DNA of 64,000 nt from an uncultured Candidatus Rokubacteria bacterium. Lineage in GTDB: Bacteria > Methylomirabilota > Methylomirabilia > Rokubacteriales > DASRDR01. The notes under the pieces were generated by a model. That model searched no databases. It was not told where the DNA came from and saw nothing but the letters and a program-made list of their open reading frames with translations. Below are positions 59,247 to 64,000 of the stretch, piece after piece. Every line of letters starts with the position of its first letter. Positions within the stretch are counted from its first letter, which is position 1. A program made the translations under genes and the position numbers. Location: positions 115,481-179,480 of the forward strand of contig CAWDVE010000011.1 of assembly GCA_963805625.1 (NCBI GenBank), written 5' to 3'.

Positions 59247-59915
59247 TCAGGCACGCCCCTCGTCCACCTTATCGCAGAACTCCTTGATGTCGCGCGCGTG
59301 GGCAAGAGCCTGACCGATAGAAAGAAGCTCAAAGTAGATCGGGTTCTTCCCCACCATCTCGATGGTCTTCCCGATGGAGTCGAGTCTTCCGAAGATCTTG
59401 TCTTCCGGGTCTGTCCCGCGCCTCGAATCGAAATGGCTTCCGCCCAGTTTGTTCGCGACGTACTTGATCAAAATACGGCGAGGCACTTCCAAACCTTCCG
59501 CCACCATGCACGGGCTTTTGATAAACCGCCGGAGGCCAAACTGTTCTTCTTTCGGCGGACCGGCCGCTCGGTCTGCGGCAATCTCCGCTTCCGTCATGCC
59601 TCCCGCTACAGTAGTAAGCAGCCCGCTCAGAACCATGCCTTTGTAGCGGGCACCCCCAGCGCTGGCGACCCGAATCCTGTCTAGCGGAATCGGAGGAAGG
59701 CTCAGAGCAGACGCTGCTATCGTAGGTTCTTTTGAGAAACCAGCCGCCTTCCAGGCCCGTTGTAGTTCGTTGTCTACGAGTAACCGGCGCAGGACCGTGC
59801 TACTTCTTCTGAGTGAGTCATCGTCGACCTGCTCATCCCACTGCTCCCGCAAGTATCTGAGATCGGAAGCGACAGTGTGTACGAGCTCGTCACGAGGTAA
59901 CATCAGTTGACCCAT
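59247..59915 (-). CDS. Hypothetical cargo protein
   Basis: 222-aa ORF with lower GC. SSTVLRRLL and IKYVANKLGGSHFD look conserved. Function unknown. Confidence 0.7.
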   Translation of the reverse strand: MGQLMLPRDELVHTVASDLRYLREQWDEQVDDDSLRRSSTVLRRLLVDNELQRAWKAAGFSKEPTIAASALSLPPIPLDRIRVASAGGARYKGMVLSGLLTTVAGGMTEAEIAADRAAGPPKEEQFGLRRFIKSPCMVAEGLEVPRRILIKYVANKLGGSHFDSRRGTDPEDKIFGRLDSIGKTIEMVGKNPIYFELLSIGQALAHARDIKEFCDKVDEGRA

Positions 59916-60195
59916 CCCGCGCGCCGGATCTCACTCTTTAGAGTGAGCGCCTTCAGGTTCTCCCACCACAGCGCGGCGGTGCCCGGCAAGAGCGGGAGGT
60001 CGGAGCGGTGAGGCTCGGAACCTACCCCCGACGCGCGGCCTAAGGCGCCAGTCGAATGGCCGCCTTGTTCCAGAGTACCCGACGGAAGCTCACGCTGCTC
60101 CAGCTCGCCCAGGAGCTCGACGCTGAGGCAGTGTGGGCAGGCAGGGCGTTCGGACTTGGTGACAAGCACTCGGGGAAACACTAGACGCTTCTCAC

Positions 60196-61623
60196 CTACG
60201 GCCCCGCCTCCACGGCGCACGTGGCCCGCAGGGCGCGCTCCGTCGCCTCCGCCTTTGAAGCTGCAGGCGCTTGCGGAGGTGGTTCGTCAAATAGGGGCAT
60301 CGCATGGTCGGCCTTAACCGCCCAATTGATACCCTGAGGCAACGCCCCCGTAGCGGCCAGGAATGGGCGCACGGCCGCGCTCGATGTGATGATGCCAATC
60401 ACGCCACCGCGCATGGTCACGAGCGGCCCCCCCGAGTTCCCAGGCTGGATTTGAACCGTGGTCTGGATTAGGCTCGCTTCCCCGCCCAGGCCAGACAGGG
60501 CACTGACCGCGCCGTCCGTGTACTCGGGCTCGCTCCCGAGCAGGCCCACCACGGGGTAGCCCACCGTGAACACCGACTCCCCGACCTGAACGGAGCGAGC
60601 GCGGGCGAGGGAGAGATACGGTGTCGGGGCGGCCGGCGCGAGCTTGAGCACGGCAAGATCATTGCTCGGGGCCCGGGCGATGACGTCGGCACTGGCCCTC
60701 GAAGAGCCGGGGCAGGTGATCCGAACCGTTCCAGCGCCCGCCACCACGTGGAGCGCCGTCACGAGGGTCCCATCGGGGCGAGCCAGGAATGCGGTGCCTG
60801 TCCGTGGGCGAGTGTCATCAGGTGCCGCGCCGGGGTCCCCTCGTTGCGCCGCCAGTGCTCGCGCAAGCTCAGCCTGCACGTCTGCGGCAAGTGCCGGGAA
60901 CCCTCGCTGGCTCAACTCGTCAGCCTCAGCAAGGATTCGCGTGCGCATCTCCGGGTCGGTGAGACGGCCTGGCACATAGCGCGCCTGCTGGATTCTCGCC
61001 AGGAGTATGCGATGCCGTCCAGAAGCATACTCGGCCCACGAGTTTGGGGTTGCGCGCAGAGTGCAGCGCCACCGTACCCAGAGAAGACTTTCGGTCGTAA
61101 AGCCTTCCAATTCCTGCACTCGATCCGTGCGTGCGACGCATTCCATCCACCGGGCAGCCTTTACCGCACTAGCGAGAGCCTGTCGCTCCTCCCATATCCG
61201 TCGATGGCTGTAGCACGTCAACGATGCCGATTCCGGCCTGCCGTGACGCTCGACATCGACCGTAAACGTCCCTTGCATCGGAGCGATAGACTCCAGTTGA
61301 GACTGAAGCGTGTCATGCACGGGGAGGCCATTGTACGCGACGACGCGGTCTCCCCGGTGCAGCCCGGAATTCTCAGCCCATGGATCGAGCGCAACGATGT
61401 AGAGCCCAGTGTGCTTGGGATCTGCCTCGGCGAAGAATCCCGGATCGCATGGTAGAGGCTCGTCGAAAGAGGGGCAGCCTCTATCGAAGAGCCCCTCACA
61501 CCCGAGCGCGCCATGCCATCCGGCGTTCTCCATGCCGTACCATGGCGTACGCGCGGCGGAACACGCAGCGAGGATGATCCCGCCCGCCACGATACCTGCA
61601 AACCATCGCGGTCTGAAGGCCAT
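60196..61623 (-). CDS. Lipoprotein with PDZ-like and trypsin-like protease domains
   Basis: Lipobox ILAAC, GLHRGDRVVAYNG, GTAF, TALHV, DLAVLKL, IQPGNSGGPL. Confidence 0.85.
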   Translation of the reverse strand: MAFRPRWFAGIVAGGIILAACSAARTPWYGMENAGWHGALGCEGLFDRGCPSFDEPLPCDPGFFAEADPKHTGLYIVALDPWAENSGLHRGDRVVAYNGLPVHDTLQSQLESIAPMQGTFTVDVERHGRPESASLTCYSHRRIWEERQALASAVKAARWMECVARTDRVQELEGFTTESLLWVRWRCTLRATPNSWAEYASGRHRILLARIQQARYVPGRLTDPEMRTRILAEADELSQRGFPALAADVQAELARALAAQRGDPGAAPDDTRPRTGTAFLARPDGTLVTALHVVAGAGTVRITCPGSSRASADVIARAPSNDLAVLKLAPAAPTPYLSLARARSVQVGESVFTVGYPVVGLLGSEPEYTDGAVSALSGLGGEASLIQTTVQIQPGNSGGPLVTMRGGVIGIITSSAAVRPFLAATGALPQGINWAVKADHAMPLFDEPPPQAPAASKAEATERALRATCAVEAGP

Positions 61624-61776
61624 GTGTGCCTCCGAATTAGCGGCTTGGATGGGATGGCCGGATACTAGGGCGGTCGAGACGCGGGTGTCAACGTCCGGGG
61701 CACATGTCAGCGCGACTCCGGCGGGCCTAGGAGCCCGTCTGGCATCGCCGGACATGGCTTTGGTAGGGTCGGGGGC

Positions 61777-62157
61777 ATGGGATCATCCTGGCGTGAGCAG
61801 GCCCACCGCCTCCGGCGCGAGATCTACACCCTGTCTCTCGCCTGCCGCGATCCTCGTGTGCCCTGGTACGTCAAGACGATGGCGGCGGGTCTCGTCGCCT
61901 ACGCGCTCAGCCCTATCGACCTGATTCCCGATTTCATCCCGGTGCTGGGATACGTGGATGATCTGGTGGTGATCCCGCTGGGCGTCCTCCTGATGCGGTG
62001 GTGGATCCCGGTGGAGGTCTGGGCGGACTGCCGGGCCCGCGCGGAGAGCATGGCGGCCCACCCCGTCAGCTGGGTCGGAGCCGCGATCGTCGTGGGCGTG
62101 TGGCTCCTGCTGGCCGGCTTCGCCGCCTGGCTGATCACCGCGTCTGTGGCGTGGTAG
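61777..62157 (+). CDS. YkvA/DUF1232 membrane protein
   Basis: DPRVPWYVK, YALSPIDLIPDFIPVLGYVDD. Confidence 0.92.
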   Translation: MGSSWREQAHRLRREIYTLSLACRDPRVPWYVKTMAAGLVAYALSPIDLIPDFIPVLGYVDDLVVIPLGVLLMRWWIPVEVWADCRARAESMAAHPVSWVGAAIVVGVWLLLAGFAAWLITASVAW

Positions 62158-62264
62158 AAGCCCGTCTGGCGCCCTGGCCCGGTTCGCGGTAGGGTCTGGG
62201 CGGCCCCGAGCCGGGTCCCCCTCCCGGCCCCACGCTGGTCTCCGATCGGGAGAGGAGGACCCCC

Positions 62265-63272
62265 ATGAGGCTCGCCCGGCTCGCAGCCCCAGCCACCCTC
62301 ACTCTGGCCCTCCTCGCCGCGCCGCTCGCCGCCAAAGCGCAGCCGGCGGGGAAGGTGCCCCGTATCGGAATGCTGTGCGCGGTGACGTGTTCCGGCGAGG
62401 GGACCGTTCGGCCATCTTGGAGACTGCTGCTCGTCGAGGCTCTGCAGGAGCTAGGGTACGTGGACGGCCGGAACATCCAACTCGTTTACCGCACCAGCGC
62501 ACAGAGCGAACTCGAGCCACTTCGGCTCCTCGCCCGCGAGCTTGTAAGCCTCGAAGTCAACATGATCGTTGTCGTCGGTGACGTGGTGGCGGTGCAGGCG
62601 GCCCAGGACGCAACGCAGTCGATTCCTATCATCGTTGCCGTGTCCGGCGATCCCGTGGGCCTGGGGCTCGTCCACAGCCTCGCTCGCCCGGGCGGGAACG
62701 TCACAGGCATGACCTCCGTTCGCGAGGCGTTGGCCGTGAAAGGGTTCGAGTTTCTCAGAGCGATGGTTCCTGGTGTCTCCCGCGTGGCTGTGCTCCTCGA
62801 TCCCAGTGATCCGGTGCATACTCGAACGTTCAAGGCGCTGGAGGGGGCAGTGCGGTCTTCGGGCATCGGCCTTCTGGCTATCACCGTGGCCGGACCTACG
62901 AACTACCAGACCCAGTTTTCGACGATGACGAAGGATCGGATTCGTGCCCTCGTTGTGCTGTCGAGCATCAACCACTATCTACATGGCTCCCGGATTGCGT
63001 ATTTGGCACTTACCAATCGGATCGCGGCGGTGTCGTCGTTCAGAGAGTTTGCCGAGGTCGGAGGTCTTGTCGCATATGGGCCGAATTGGCGTGATTTCTA
63101 CAAGCGCGTTGCGTTGTTCGTCGACCGGATTCTGAAAGGTGCACGGCCAAGCGACCTGCCGATGGAGCAGCCCACCACATTCGAGCTGGTTCTCAACTTG
63201 AGAACCGCCAAGGCCCTCGGCCTCACGATCCCGCCGGCGGTGCTGGCGCGGGCAGACGAGGTCATCCAATAG
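62265..63272 (+). CDS. ABC_sub_bind-family substrate-binding protein
   Basis: DPVGLGLVHSLARPGGNVTG, EQPTTFELVLNLRTAKALGL. Confidence 0.92.
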   Translation: MRLARLAAPATLTLALLAAPLAAKAQPAGKVPRIGMLCAVTCSGEGTVRPSWRLLLVEALQELGYVDGRNIQLVYRTSAQSELEPLRLLARELVSLEVNMIVVVGDVVAVQAAQDATQSIPIIVAVSGDPVGLGLVHSLARPGGNVTGMTSVREALAVKGFEFLRAMVPGVSRVAVLLDPSDPVHTRTFKALEGAVRSSGIGLLAITVAGPTNYQTQFSTMTKDRIRALVVLSSINHYLHGSRIAYLALTNRIAAVSSFREFAEVGGLVAYGPNWRDFYKRVALFVDRILKGARPSDLPMEQPTTFELVLNLRTAKALGLTIPPAVLARADEVIQ

Positions 63273-63750
63273 TGGACCGGCGGGCGCTCTTCGCTGGCAC
63301 CATGGCTCTCCTCGCAACACCGCTCGCCGCCGAGGCCGAGACCCAGTTGGTCCGTGTCGGCCTTTTGGGACCCGACGAAGAGCCTCGCTTCTCAGAGATC
63401 GCATCCAATCTGAAGCGTGGCCTTCAGGAGCAGGGTTATCGAGACGATGCCTTCGAGGTGTTGGAGGGCCGGGTGCCGCGCGGGACATTCGCCGGCTGCA
63501 CGGGCGGCCGTCCAAGCGTTCATGAGCCGGCGGGTCGGGGTCATCCTTGCCGTCGGGTCCGTTTTAGCCCGCGTCGCTCGAGAGGCGGCGCCAACGGTTC
63601 CGATCGTGTTTATCACACCGGGTGATCCCGTGGCGGCCGGTTTGGTGGCTGAGCCTTGCCGTCGGGGCGGAAACATGACCGCCATGACCTTCGAGTACCC
63701 CGAGCTCTCGGGCAAGCGGCTCGAGCTCCTGACGGAGATTGTGCCGCGGG
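63272..63750 (+). pseudogene. ABC_sub_bind-family gene, frameshifted and 3'-truncated
   Basis: MDRRALF... then, shifted, PIVFITPGDPVAAGLV...GGNMT...KRLELLTEIVP. Abuts transposase sequence. Confidence 0.8.
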
Positions 63751-63751
63751 G

Positions 63752-64000
63752 CCCACGGGCAGCCTCGGCCGGTGCGGGTCCACGACTTCGTGCAGCCGGA
63801 GCTGGGGCGCGCCATTCCCTACGGGGTCTACGATCTGGGCGCCAACACCGGCTGGGTCAGTGTCGGCATCGACCACGACACGGCGGCGTTTGCCGTCGCG
63901 AGCATTCGCCACTGGTGGCAGGCCATGGGACGCCGGGCCTATCCTCACGCCCGGCGGCTGCTGATCACGGCCGACGCCGGCGGAAGCAACGGCGCCCGCC
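63752..64000 (+). mobile_element. ISAzo13-family transposase, internal fragment (5' part missing)
   Basis: Manual translation: VRVHDF...GRAIPYGVYDLGANTGWVSVGIDHDTAAFAV..IRHWW...LLITADAGGSNG. Confidence 0.9.

Noticed and set aside
2800-63500. Many single-base frameshifts (about 2975, 3520, 15866, 46150, 49705, 50480, 63490) as programmed frameshifting or phase variation
   Set aside because: They affect otherwise well-preserved, unrelated genes, several in short G or T runs. This pattern is typical of long-read consensus errors. A read pileup is needed.
12-64000. Long Arg/Pro/Gly-rich ORFs in the track (e.g. 19797-22220, 30710-32239, 55905-58223, 27775-29982)
   Set aside because: Antisense or off-frame shadows of real genes, expected in very high-GC DNA.
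1-64000. CRISPR array, rRNA, tRNA, attC integron sites, retron or DGR reverse transcriptase
   Set aside because: No regularly spaced repeats, RNA gene signatures, attC-type boxes or RT motifs were seen by eye. A covariance-model scan was not possible.

Overview
Very GC-rich bacterial DNA whose gene content suggests Ca. Rokubacteria/Methylomirabilota (inference, not verified). The left half (1-33.8 kb) is mostly core or catabolic: DegP, a PLP aldolase/LLM oxygenase/ADH/RraA/SDR cluster with a two-SBP sugar-type ABC system, cimA, a hybrid kinase, thiolase-DUF35-CoA transferase and an NtrC-type two-component operon. From about 33.86 kb the operon's GAF-histidine kinase is cut by a genomic island. 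The island begins with a co-directional phage-satellite-like module: large serine recombinase, split DUF3854 primase/helicase with an iteron-like array, Xis/AlpA-like HTH, terS and a possible terL stub, with no capsid or tail genes. After it come a low-GC cassette-like cargo array punctuated by stubs of an XRE repressor and a second serine recombinase, GAF-kinase and adenylate-cyclase/AAA/TPR genes, four orphan ABC_sub_bind proteins, an exported UGA/SECIS selenoprotein (peroxiredoxin-like), a complete IS21 and an ISAzo13 fragment. Notable signals: the integrase C-terminus runs across the att junction into the host kinase, a 20-bp palindrome recurs 18.8 kb apart, twin leaderless promoters precede terS and its neighbour, and divergent sigma54 promoters drive two Cys-rich miniproteins. 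Several single-base frameshifts, some in short homopolymers, look like long-read assembly errors. No rRNA, tRNA or CRISPR array was seen.
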